A stretch of DNA of 64,000 bases from Candidatus Limnocylindria bacterium. Its GTDB lineage: Bacteria; Chloroflexota; Limnocylindria; QHBO01. The stretch covers positions 876-64,875 of the forward strand of contig DATCOX010000028.1 of NCBI GenBank assembly GCA_036564495.1, given 5' to 3'. The translations under genes and the position numbers were made by a program. Shown here piece after piece: positions 1 through 8,266 of this stretch. The notes under the pieces were generated by a model, which saw nothing but the letters and a program-made list of their open reading frames with translations, did not search any database and was not told where the DNA came from. Within the stretch, counting starts at the first letter, position 1; the number at the start of each line of letters is the position of its first letter.

Positions 1-156
1 CGATGCCCTGTCCGGGCTGAGACACGCTCCGGTATCAGGGGATGTTCCTTATCGGCTCACAGGCAGCGAAAAGTGCCAAGCGATGGCACCGAATCGGGAG
101 CCTCTGCCCGATAGAGTGCCGCCGGATGGGTCGTGGCCGGAGCAACGGCCCGTTGG

Positions 157-186
157 TTGCCGCTCGATCGGGCCCTGTGCTATCTT
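157..186 (+). promoter_or_regulatory. Candidate sigma70-type promoter for the tRNA operon (TTGCCG, 18-nt spacer, TATCTT)
   Basis: AT-rich hexamers are rare in this 70% GC DNA; -35/-10-like pair lies 55 nt upstream of tRNA-Phe. Confidence 0.3.
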
Positions 187-240
187 CGCCAGCCGAGACG
201 CGACCACGAGCGGGCCGCAGGGTGCGGATCGATGGGGCGG

Positions 241-316
241 GCCGAGGTAGCTCAGTTGGTAGAGCACCGCCCTGAAGAGGCGGGTGTCGTCAGTTCGATT
301 CTGACCCTCGGCACCA
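241..316 (+). tRNA. tRNA-Phe (anticodon GAA)
   Basis: Cloverleaf by eye: acceptor gccgagg/cctcggc, anticodon stem ccgcc/ggcgg with loop cuGAAga, T-loop gttcgat, 3' CCA encoded. Confidence 0.9.
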
Positions 317-342
317 TCTTCTCGCGGCGCGCGGGCGAACGG

Positions 343-418
343 GCGGAAGTGGCTCAGTTGGTAGAGCATCACCTTGCCAAGGTGAGGGTCGCGGGTTCGA
401 GTCCCGTCTTCCGCTCCA
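343..418 (+). tRNA. tRNA-Gly (anticodon GCC)
   Basis: Acceptor gcggaag/cttccgc, anticodon stem tcacc/ggtga with loop uuGCCaa, T-arm cgggttcgagtcccg, CCA encoded. Confidence 0.9.
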
Positions 419-468
419 ATTTTCTGCCCTTGCAGGAATGACCTGCTAGCCTCGTTCGGTGGCGCCGA

Positions 469-543
469 TGCCCCGTCGTCTAGCCGGTAGGACAGCGGAC
501 TTTGGATCCGTGAACCGAGGTTCGAATCCTCGCGGGGCAGCCA
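469..543 (+). tRNA. tRNA-Gln (anticodon UUG)
   Basis: Acceptor tgccccg/cggggca (U1-A72, typical of bacterial tRNA-Gln), anticodon loop cuUUGga, T-arm cgaggttcgaatcctcg, CCA encoded. Confidence 0.85.
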
Positions 544-558
544 GCGCGAGATGAGCTT

Positions 559-632
559 GGCGACGTGCCCGAGTGGCCAGGGAGCGGTCTGCAAAACCGT
601 TTACACGGGTTCGAGTCCCGTCGTCGCCTCCA
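559..632 (+). tRNA. tRNA-Cys (anticodon GCA)
   Basis: Acceptor ggcgacg/cgtcgcc, anticodon loop cuGCAaa, T-arm acgggttcgagtcccgt, discriminator U, CCA encoded. Confidence 0.85.
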
Positions 633-648
633 TCATTCTGAGCACGAA
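584..648 (+). repeat. att-like direct repeat copy A (3' two-thirds of tRNA-Cys plus 16 nt flank)
   Basis: Matches 5169-5232 with 1 mismatch and 1 indel; matches 6533-6590 with a few mismatches. Confidence 0.8.
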
Positions 649-681
649 ACGGCTGTCTGTGTGCCGTCCACGTCGAATCGC

Positions 682-702
682 GGTAGCATCCGCAGGTAGC
701 AA
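682..702 (+). repeat. GGTAGCA(A) short direct repeats (x2) just inside the left islet end
   Basis: The same motif recurs x3 at 5035-5087 just inside the right end; arrangement resembles integrase arm-type sites. Confidence 0.35.
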
Positions 703-776
703 TCGAGTACAGTCGCGGACGATAGAGGCGCCCCGCCCGGTAAGAGGCGGAGCGCCAACACGGTAGTCCTGCGTCG

Positions 777-962
777 GTGGCCGAGCAGCCCACGACAGTC
801 GCCTTGGCCCACCAGCCTGGCCCGCCTGCATCCGTATGGTGGACCGTGGCGGGCATCATTGTCGCCGTTGCGCTGGCCATCGCCCGGCGATCAGGGCCGA
901 CCCCACCTCCACCCTCGCCTCCGGTACCTCCGACGATCGAGCCCTACGGGTGGCGCATCTAG
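777..962 (+). CDS. Possible small single-TM protein (61 aa) with Pro-rich tail
   Basis: GTG-start ORF with a clean hydrophobic helix WWTVAGIIVAVALAIA; could be a GC-rich artefact. Confidence 0.2.
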   Translation: MAEQPTTVALAHQPGPPASVWWTVAGIIVAVALAIARRSGPTPPPPSPPVPPTIEPYGWRI

Positions 963-1484
963 GTTCTGATCCCCGCGGCCGCCCGAATGTAAGGTTGCAG
1001 GCAAGGCGAATCCGCTATACCTCAGCGGTGATCCGGTTCCAGCTCACCTGCTCGGCATTCTGGGTCGATGTGCGCTTGCGGGAAAGCAGCGGCCGATGGG
1101 TCGCCTCCGCCGATACCCCTGACAGACCGAGCCTGGGACTTGGCCTGGGGGCCGTCGAGGCGATCGAGGGTGCCTTGAAGCCGTTCGAAGGACTTGTGGA
1201 GGAACTGCTCGCCAGCCTCCCCGGCTCAGCCATTCGCTAGGCCGACCTCGTCCTCACCCACTCCAAAACGGGAGCCTGTGGCTGGCCGCATCTTCGTGTT
1301 CATGGCGGCTCTCTCCGGCCGATCAGAAGGAGGTCTCTCTGAGCCACCGGAAAGGGCTCGCCGTTGCTATACCGCCTCAGGGTGCGAGGTGGTCCGACTC
1401 GCGGAAGGCCTACCCCATGATCCTCAGCCGGGTGAGCTCGTAGTGCTGCACCGTTCGACCACGACGTCGGATCGGTCATGGATC

Positions 1485-1985
1485 CTACAAGCCGAAGCGC
1501 ATCAGAATCATGCAGGTGAAGATCACGAGAAAGCCGACCAGCTCGAGGGATGCGACGAGCTTGACGCGGTTGGTCGCGGCCTCGAGCTCGGGCGTGGGCG
1601 TGCCGTCGGGGTTGAGCGGGGCCAGGTTCATGGCCCGCACGCCGCCCGTGATCATCACGCGTCCCCAGAAGAACGTGAGAACTGCGACGACCAGGGCAAC
1701 GAGCCAGGTCACTCCGTAGGCGGTTCCCAGCAGAACATCCAGACTCTTGATCGGCCCAAGCAGGGTTCCACGGATGAAGCCCAGGACGATGACGGACGGG
1801 CCCACGACATTGAACACACGTTCCGCCTGCTCTCCGATGTACGCCCCGATCTCACGTTGCGCCAGGATCGGCAGTCGGTTGACGGCCGGAAGGATGATCG
1901 CGACCAGCACGAGCGAATTGCCGAACCACAGGATCCCGAGCAGGATGTGCAGCCATTGGGCGCCGAACACGATCCAATCCATCAA
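1485..1985 (-). CDS. Hypothetical integral membrane protein (about 4 TM, 166 aa)
   Basis: Protein-like composition with four hydrophobic segments; the overlapping + strand ORF is Arg/Pro/Gly-rich junk. Confidence 0.6.
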   Translation of the reverse strand: MMDWIVFGAQWLHILLGILWFGNSLVLVAIILPAVNRLPILAQREIGAYIGEQAERVFNVVGPSVIVLGFIRGTLLGPIKSLDVLLGTAYGVTWLVALVVAVLTFFWGRVMITGGVRAMNLAPLNPDGTPTPELEAATNRVKLVASLELVGFLVIFTCMILMRFGL

Positions 1986-2239
1986 CTCGATCCTCTGTTC
2001 AATCGCCCTGCACTCGACTGGGGGTCGTCAACAGGTCTGCCCGGGCGCTACCGCTAACGCGACGACCCCGCAACACCGGACCCCTAGGCACGGCCGCTCT
2101 CCCAGAGTCGGAGTCTAGGTCGAGTCTGCGGGCCTCGACCGTAGGGTAGCGCCGAGCGCCGTCGTTCGTAATCCAAAGCGACAGCGGCGCGGCTGCTCAA
2201 CGTGTCGCGGTTCATGAAGTATCAACTGGCGGCGTCAGG

Positions 2240-2551
2240 TCAGGTGCCGGTGGTCAGGATCTGTCTTCCAGAGCCGCATCCACCGGTGGCGACCAAAAGG
2301 GGGTCCTTTCGGCGCACCCGAACCAGCGATAGCTGCGTTGGCGCCGCGCGAAGCCCGTCGATCTCGGCGTTTAGCCGCGCCTGTTCGGCAGTGAATGCCT
2401 CCAGCGATAGGCGGCCCTGAGCGAACGCCCTCGCGGCTGCCTCGCGGGCCACGGAGTCCACGACGGAGCGGAGGGCGCGGATGTCGTCGCGCATCTCCAT
2501 GAGGAGCTTCCGCTGCGTGATCCCCACCACGCCGGACTCGTCACCGCCCAT
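2240..2551 (-). CDS. Hypothetical small protein (103 aa, helical/coiled)
   Basis: ORF with plausible composition in the same minus-strand cassette. Confidence 0.4.
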   Translation of the reverse strand: MGGDESGVVGITQRKLLMEMRDDIRALRSVVDSVAREAAARAFAQGRLSLEAFTAEQARLNAEIDGLRAAPTQLSLVRVRRKDPLLVATGGCGSGRQILTTGT

Positions 2552-2855
2552 CGGGCTCGGTGACGGCGCGGGCGTACCTGGGGTCGCAACAGGCTGGGGG
2601 GCCCGGGAGCCGGTGTGGATCGGACCAGCGCGCCGTCATGAGGGAAGGGTGGCGGCAAGCGGGCCGCGGTTTCTATTCGGCCGATTGGGCCATGCACCCC
2701 AGCGGCGACCAGCCGTGCGCGAATGACACTGGGCCTCGAGCGGGAAAGGAAGGAGGCCTCCCCGTCAGGAGGCCTCTCGCTCTCTAATCAGTTCGGGGGG
2801 CGGGCGTTCAGGGGCTTGCGAGGGCGAGCGCGCCACAAGAGGGTGCGCGAGCCCG

Positions 2856-4211
2856 TCAGGCCGGCACGATGTTCGCGTTGTGGCGGAAGCGGTTGTCAGG
2901 GTCCCAAGTCCGCTTGATCTCGCGGAGCTTGGCGAATCGCTCCGGACCAAAGGCCGCCGCGACACGGGCGGCCGTCTGATCGACCTCGGGATAGTTGAGA
3001 TAGCCGCCACCTGACTTCGAGTAGGGCTCGAACAACCGTGCCGCTCGGCGTCCCCATTCGATGCCTGCCTCGTCGCCGCCGGCCTCGCGCCAGATGCTCA
3101 GCGCGGTGACGTTCGCGACCGCCCGCCGTCCGCCGAAGGCGGCGGACTCGTCGGGGATCCGATGCGCCGCGCCATGGATCAGCTCAACGAGGATGAACCC
3201 GTCGTCGCCGGATCCTTCCGCGGCAGCTATGACGGCATCGGCCAGGCCCGCAGAGGCTTCGCGTACGAGGTGGCCCTTCCAGTAGTGGCGCAGGCCGAAG
3301 GGGATGGGGGTGAAGCGCGCCTGCGCCTCGAGCCAGGTCATCGCTCGCAAGTTGGTTTGGAAGGGAGCGGGATGCCCGCGCAGCTCACGGATCGCCGCGT
3401 CTCCGGCGTCCGGCTCGCCACGCCAGTCAACGTTGACCTTGACGATCGGCCCGCCATCCTCGTCCGACCACCAGACGATCGCCTGCGTGACGAGCTCGTC
3501 GGGGGCGGACGCGTCCAGCTCGAATAGCCGAGTCAGGACCTCGCCAACCGCAGGCCCACGGTAGGACAAGGATCCGCTGTACATCCGTTGGATTGGGGTG
3601 AGCCGATAGCGGAACCGGGTGACGACTCCGAAGTTGCCGCCGCCTCCGCGGAGCGCCCAGAGCAGGTCCGGCTGCCTCGCCTCGTCGACATCGACGATCC
3701 GGCCGTCCGCCGTCACGAGCTCCGCGGCGATGAGCGCGTCGCAGCCGAAGCCCTCCGAGGCGATGATGTGGCTGATCCCGCCGCCCAGCGTCAGGCCCCC
3801 GACCCCGGTGTCGAAGAAGGTCCCCGAGGGAGCTGCCAGCCCGTGGGCTGCGGTCGCCGCGTCGAGATCCATCAGGAGGCAGCCGCCCTCGGCCTCGGCG
3901 ATCCGCCGCTCCGGGTCGACGGTCGCGGACCGCCAGCGCGATAGATCGATGACGAATCCGTCGTCGGGCATGGAGTGACCCGCGACGCTGTGGCCGCCGC
4001 CTCGGACGGCGATGGCAAGATCGGATTCGGACGCCCAGCGGACGGCAGAGACGAGATCATCCGTATCGGCCGGGCGGAAAATCAGGCGTGGACGCCGATC
4101 GAGCATGCCATTGAACAGTGCCCGCGCGCTGTCGTACAGGCGATGGTCCGGGGCGATGACAGGGCCACGGGTCCGGGCAGTAAGCGATCGCTCGAGCGCG
4201 TCGATGGTCAT
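2856..4211 (-). CDS. FAD-linked oxidase (PCMH-type FAD-binding, berberine-bridge-enzyme-like)
   Basis: N-terminal FAD-binding fold motifs (RGGGHS.AG.S, GGGGNFGVVT) and BBE-like C-terminal region ending RFRHNANI; 451 aa. Confidence 0.8.
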   Translation of the reverse strand: MTIDALERSLTARTRGPVIAPDHRLYDSARALFNGMLDRRPRLIFRPADTDDLVSAVRWASESDLAIAVRGGGHSVAGHSMPDDGFVIDLSRWRSATVDPERRIAEAEGGCLLMDLDAATAAHGLAAPSGTFFDTGVGGLTLGGGISHIIASEGFGCDALIAAELVTADGRIVDVDEARQPDLLWALRGGGGNFGVVTRFRYRLTPIQRMYSGSLSYRGPAVGEVLTRLFELDASAPDELVTQAIVWWSDEDGGPIVKVNVDWRGEPDAGDAAIRELRGHPAPFQTNLRAMTWLEAQARFTPIPFGLRHYWKGHLVREASAGLADAVIAAAEGSGDDGFILVELIHGAAHRIPDESAAFGGRRAVANVTALSIWREAGGDEAGIEWGRRAARLFEPYSKSGGGYLNYPEVDQTAARVAAAFGPERFAKLREIKRTWDPDNRFRHNANIVPA

Positions 4212-4369
4212 GGCCTCTTACGCGAGGCGAATTCTGGATACGCCGTTCGTCATGGTCAAGCCCAGATCTGGCGTTCTCGCTCAGGGTGACCTCACTCGAT
4301 GCCCCGTGCGCCACCACGACCGGCCACTGAAGGACGATCTGCTGCGTGGGGCCGGCGGTTTCAGTCCCG

Positions 4370-4645
4370 TCAACCAGACCGCTTCTCGTCCGGATCGATC
4401 TCCCCCTCAGGCTCCGGCAACCGCGGGGCCAGGATCCACACGAGCTGTGCCGTGGTCGCCGCTCCCACCTTGGACCGGGCGTTCGCCAGGTGGTGCTTCA
4501 CGGTCGAGTGCGACAGGCCGAGTCGGTGGGCGGCGGCTTTCTCGGATCCGGCGACGAGGACCGCGGCGACCACGACGACCTCTCGGTCCGTCGCGCATCC
4601 GGCGGGGCGGTCCCTCACGCCTGCCGCCTGGCTGCGGCGAGCCAC
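4370..4645 (-). CDS. GerE/LuxR-type HTH transcriptional regulator (stand-alone HTH, or remnant of a response regulator)
   Basis: LuxR C-terminal HTH signature (REVVVVAAVLVAGSEKAAAHRLGLSHSTVKHHLANARSKVG); no receiver domain upstream in any frame. Confidence 0.55.
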   Translation of the reverse strand: MARRSQAAGVRDRPAGCATDREVVVVAAVLVAGSEKAAAHRLGLSHSTVKHHLANARSKVGAATTAQLVWILAPRLPEPEGEIDPDEKRSG

Positions 4646-5034
4646 TCATCGCGGCCGTAGGGGGCCTTCGCCTTGCGCTGCTCCTAGTCGCCGCAATCTT
4701 GGCAATCGCGGGCTGCGGCTTACCTGGTCAGGTCAACTACCAGGCAACTCTGACGGTCCTGAATCGAACGACGGCTGAGGTGACCGTCGCAAGCGGGCAG
4801 ACCACAGTTCAGCGTTCCCGCGTGCAGCGAGGTCACCCACCAGAACTTCCCTGTCAATTGGTGGCAGGTTACGTCGCCGGGTCGAGACATCTTCCAAAGT
4901 GGGGGAGGCAGTAGCGCCTCCCACTCCTACCTGGTGGTGACGTCGGTTGTTCTCCAGCAAGATCGGCGACCGGACCCTCTTCCTTCCTGCGAGGGACTCC
5001 TTCAGCCGGCTCAACACTAAGGATCCCGGCGATC

Positions 5035-5087
5035 GGTAGCGTGCAGGCGACCCCGGCCCCTTTCCAAGTAGCAACACAGGTAGCAAC
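5035..5087 (+). repeat. GGTAGC(G/A)/GTAGCAAC direct repeats (x3) just inside the right end of islet 1
   Basis: ggtagcg 5035-5041, gtagcaac 5068-5075, ggtagcaac 5079-5087; same motif as 682-702. Confidence 0.35.
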
Positions 5088-5168
5088 AAGGGCGGACACC
5101 CCCGGTCTCCCGGATCGACCCCCGTAAGCGCGGAGACGGCACCCGCGGACGTTGGCGGACGTTATGGC

Positions 5169-5232
5169 GCGGACTGCAAAACCGTTTACACGGGTTCGAG
5201 TCCCGTCGTCGCCTCCACATTCTGAGCACGAA
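5169..5232 (+). repeat. att-like direct repeat copy B (partial tRNA-Cys 3' half plus flank)
   Basis: 64 nt near-identical to 584-648; includes the acceptor/T-arm/CCA and 15 nt downstream (cattctgagcacgaa); lacks the tRNA 5' half. Confidence 0.8.
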
Positions 5233-5369
5233 TCTGGCCGAAGAGATCCCGGCGCGCAGGAATCCGCCCGTGTGGTGGCACGAGCCGGAATGTCGAATCG
5301 TTAACCCGGCGGCGTGTCCAGACACAATCTCGGCTCGCCATCGTGTGACCTCCCCCTTGGAGAGAGGCC

Positions 5370-6431
5370 GTGACCATCCGGGAGCCCCGGCGTTTCGACG
5401 AACGGTCTACGTCCTCCGGTCGCGTCGCAACTGCGGCCCTCGTGCCGCTGCGCATATTCCTAGGCGGAACCTTCCTCTATGCGGGACTCGATAAGCTCCT
5501 TGACCCTAGTTTCCTGGCCTCGAGCGGGGCAGGCTCCCTCGTCGACCAGCTCCATGCCTTCGCGCGAGATTCGCCGCTCGCCTTCCTGATTAATGCCGTG
5601 GCACTCAGGGTGCCAGTCCTGGTGGGTCTGGGCATGGCTGTCGCGGAGATTGGCATCGGTCTGGGCGCATTGGCGGGCTGGCTCTTCCGCCTGAGCGCCG
5701 CCCTCGGTACGGCCGTCGCCATCCTCTTCTGGCTCACCGCCTCATGGGCCACCAAGCCTTATTTCCTCGGGCCGGACCTCCCGTACGCGGCAGGCTGGCT
5801 TACGCTCGCGCTGGCCGGGGACGGCGGGGCGTGGACCCTGGAGCGCTGGGTCGACAGCCGCAATGCCCCCCGCCCCAAGGGCGGCTATAGCCGCACAGCC
5901 CTGCGGAGACAGGCACCAGTCTCCGCGGAGAGACGTCGCTTCGTGCAAATGGTCGCGCTAGGTGGAGCAGCCGTGTTGGTTGCCGGTCCCGCCTTTGTTA
6001 TCGGCCGCATCGCGGCGGCCACGCAGCTCAGAGGAGGACTGGCCGGGACGGAAGTCCCATCGGGGACCGGAACTGCGAGCAGCTCCCCCGCAGCAGCGGC
6101 AAGCCCCAGCGCGCAGGGCACATTGCTCGCTCGAGGCAGCCAGCTGACACCCTCCAGCGCCGTGGCCGCCACGGATCCCGCCAGCGGCGACCCGGTACTG
6201 GTGATCAAACTGCCATCGGGCTCAGTGGTCGCCTACGACGCGGTCTGCACGCACGCCGGCTGCATCGTGGAATACGACTCGGGATCGGCGACGCTCATTT
6301 GCCCTTGCCACGGGGCTCAATTCGACCCAGCCCACCAGGCGCAGGTGCTGGGAGGTCCCACCAATCAGCCACTGGCTGCCATCCCGATCCACGTCGATCC
6401 GAGTTCTGGCGACGTCACCACCTCCTCCTAG
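5370..6431 (+). CDS. DoxX-family membrane domain fused to a C-terminal Rieske [2Fe-2S] domain
   Basis: N-terminal DoxX-like TM region (LVPLRIFLGGTFLYAGLDKL); C-terminal Rieske boxes CTHAGC...CPCHG; GTG start with a gagagagg RBS. Confidence 0.75.
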   Translation: MTIREPRRFDERSTSSGRVATAALVPLRIFLGGTFLYAGLDKLLDPSFLASSGAGSLVDQLHAFARDSPLAFLINAVALRVPVLVGLGMAVAEIGIGLGALAGWLFRLSAALGTAVAILFWLTASWATKPYFLGPDLPYAAGWLTLALAGDGGAWTLERWVDSRNAPRPKGGYSRTALRRQAPVSAERRRFVQMVALGGAAVLVAGPAFVIGRIAAATQLRGGLAGTEVPSGTGTASSSPAAAASPSAQGTLLARGSQLTPSSAVAATDPASGDPVLVIKLPSGSVVAYDAVCTHAGCIVEYDSGSATLICPCHGAQFDPAHQAQVLGGPTNQPLAAIPIHVDPSSGDVTTSS

Positions 6432-6532
6432 CCGGGGGCGACCGCCGAGGGGTAGATGACATTGCGCAGGGGATTGCCCGGATGAGAACCTGGTGCGTTC
6501 CATGGTTCGATGACCTGCCATGGCTGCGGCCC

Positions 6533-6590
6533 GCACTGCAAAACCGTCTACACGGGTTCGAGTCCCGTCGTCGCCTCTATCACTCCGACG
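6533..6590 (+). repeat. att-like direct repeat copy C (diverged partial tRNA-Cys 3' half; CCA mutated to CUA)
   Basis: Aligns to 589-632 with 2-3 mismatches (gtctac for gtttac; cta for cca); shares the A variant at the anticodon-stem position with copy B. Confidence 0.65.
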
Positions 6591-6674
6591 TAGCCTCGCA
6601 ACGTCCTGGCCCCTCCGCGCGTCGGTCCCCTTGGGATCACCAAACCCTTGCGGACCACAGAGGAGCCAACCTAC

Positions 6675-7322
6675 GTGAACAGATTGAGCCGCCGCGCTCT
6701 CACCATCCTGAGCCTGGGCCTCCTGGTTCTCAGCACACTGTCGGTCGCCAATGCGGCCACTGACAAGGTCACCGTCGAGAACCTGCGCGGGCCCCTCATC
6801 AACGCCTTCTTCTCCAGCTTCGACCCGTCGGGCTGCATCGAGACCGATACGTTCGTCAGCGCCAACCGCCCAACCGACCAGCTGCTCCCGGGGAAGGGCA
6901 CCATCACCGGCATCGGTTCCGTCAGCGTCTTCGTGTACGACAGCTGCACGGACACGACCATCCTTCAGGCGGTGGGTGAGACCGATACGCTGACTGCAGC
7001 GGACTTCCAAGTCTCCCGGCAATACGACTGGGCCTCGTTGCACACGATGATCACCCTCACGAACATCGACACCGGCGATCTCTTCGATGTCAACGTGAAC
7101 GTTGCGTTGGTCGGCACCAGCGACATCCGCCGCGACGACGAGAACTCGAATGACCGCTACGGCCTCGGTTGCCACGTCCTCAACCGGTGGAAGGGCTCTG
7201 GCCGCGATGCGGATGCGTCGGGCATCGTGTCAGACGGCGTGACGAACTTCACGCCCACCGCTTCGCAGTGGGCCGAGATCGGCGTCGTGATCGACGGATT
7301 CGAAGTGATCGGCTGCGCCTAG
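6675..7322 (+). CDS. Secreted hypothetical protein (signal peptide, 4 Cys)
   Basis: GAGGAG RBS 9 nt before GTG; N-terminus RLSRRALTILSLGLLVLSTLSVANA|AT is a classical Sec signal; locally lower GC. Confidence 0.6.
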   Translation: MNRLSRRALTILSLGLLVLSTLSVANAATDKVTVENLRGPLINAFFSSFDPSGCIETDTFVSANRPTDQLLPGKGTITGIGSVSVFVYDSCTDTTILQAVGETDTLTAADFQVSRQYDWASLHTMITLTNIDTGDLFDVNVNVALVGTSDIRRDDENSNDRYGLGCHVLNRWKGSGRDADASGIVSDGVTNFTPTASQWAEIGVVIDGFEVIGCA

Positions 7323-7344
7323 CAGTCAGCTTGTGGTCGGCCGA

Positions 7345-7833
7345 TCACCTGCGGGGAAGGTGGTCGGCCACCCAATCCCCCCAGCCCTCGGGGAGGAGCA
7401 TGACGGCAGCAAGGGCGCCGAGCACCAGGACGGCGATCACCTCGTTCGAGAAGGCGAAGGCCCACAGCCCGATCACCAACGCGCTGAAGACGATGATGAC
7501 CGCGTCCCGCCGCAGGGCGGGCGGAGACGACGGCTTGAGCCGCTCGTACGCGAGGAAGAAGGCGGCCGAGGCCAGGACGATCGCCACCAGGAAGAGCGCG
7601 GTCTTCGGCAAGCCCATGCGATTGATCGCCGAGATGAAGGGAAGGAGCGCCAGCAAGAGGGCGCCCGTGATGAGCACCACGAGGCCGAACGCCAAGCCAG
7701 GGACACTGACCTCGTCTCCCCCGGCCTTCTTCGATCTCCGAATCACGGCATCATTTCGCCAGATCGCCGCGTGACTGGCAAGGGCCCATGCATCGGTCCC
7801 GGTTGCTGGTATGACCATTTCGCCTCTCGCCAA
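7345..7833 (-). CDS. Hypothetical membrane protein (about 4 TM); start ambiguous (alternative GTG at 7746)
   Basis: Four hydrophobic segments; protein-like composition. Confidence 0.5.
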   Translation of the reverse strand: MARGEMVIPATGTDAWALASHAAIWRNDAVIRRSKKAGGDEVSVPGLAFGLVVLITGALLLALLPFISAINRMGLPKTALFLVAIVLASAAFFLAYERLKPSSPPALRRDAVIIVFSALVIGLWAFAFSNEVIAVLVLGALAAVMLLPEGWGDWVADHLPRR

Positions 7834-8171
7834 GCCGAGACAAGAGCGGCAATCTGTCCCGCATGGCCGAGCTTGCGGAAGCTCTCAGCCTTTCGTCGCT
7901 CGTCGCCGGCAGTCTTGAATACGCGATCGTGATCAGGCACCGACGGGAGCGACGCCAGGCTGTCTCATTGAGCCCTGACGCCCAGGCTGCGCTCGAAGCA
8001 CTGACTCGCATCAGCGGGACTAATGACCGCTGGAGGTTACGCCGCTGGACGGCGCAGGGGACCAGGTTCCGCATCGAGAGTGCGTGGCCGAACTGGCCAC
8101 GTGGGCGCAGAGATCGGGTCGGCTGACCGATCGGCCGGTAGTATCGCCCTCCTGCATGGTCGCATGGTCCA

Positions 8172-8257
8172 TGCCGGAGTGGCGGAATGGCAGACGCAGC
8201 CGGCTTAAACCCGGCAGCCCGCAAGGGCGTGGGGGTTCGAATCCCTCCTCCGGCACC
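8172..8257 (+). tRNA. tRNA-Leu (anticodon UAA), type II with long variable arm
   Basis: Acceptor gccggag/ctccggc, anticodon loop cuUAAac, variable arm cagcccgcaagggcgtg, T-arm gggggttcgaatccctc, CCA encoded. Confidence 0.9.
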
Positions 8258-8266
8258 AGCCTCGGG

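Larger units (their letters stand above)
633..5232. mobile_element. Putative integrated islet 1 at the tRNA-Cys 3' end (integrase-less, possibly a degraded genomic island)
   Basis: Bounded by the intact tRNA-Cys (attL side) and a 64-nt direct repeat of its 3' half plus flank (attR side); cargo is non-housekeeping; no recombinase gene in any frame. Confidence 0.5.
5233..6590. mobile_element. Putative older islet 2 (1.4 kb) between att-like copies B and C
   Basis: Flanked by a second, more diverged tRNA-Cys 3' fragment; single cargo gene; no recombinase. Confidence 0.4.

Noticed and set aside
1-240. Possible additional tRNA or ncRNA upstream of tRNA-Phe
   Set aside because: No cloverleaf can be drawn; ORFs 42..275 and 49..594 overlap the tRNAs and are artefacts.
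633-1484. Search for an integrase or recombinase gene adjacent to the tRNA-Cys att site
   Set aside because: No ORF in six frames shows R..HxxR..Y catalytic-box-like sequence or a recombinase-like N-terminus; none annotated.
1194-2057. 287-aa + strand ORF in islet 1
   Set aside because: Opposite the plausible 4-TM membrane protein; composition (Arg/Asp/His-rich, no hydrophobic core) looks non-protein.
7863-8126. 87-aa + ORF between the membrane protein and tRNA-Leu
   Set aside because: No RBS, Arg-rich C-terminus, runs into tRNA-Leu; cannot be supported.
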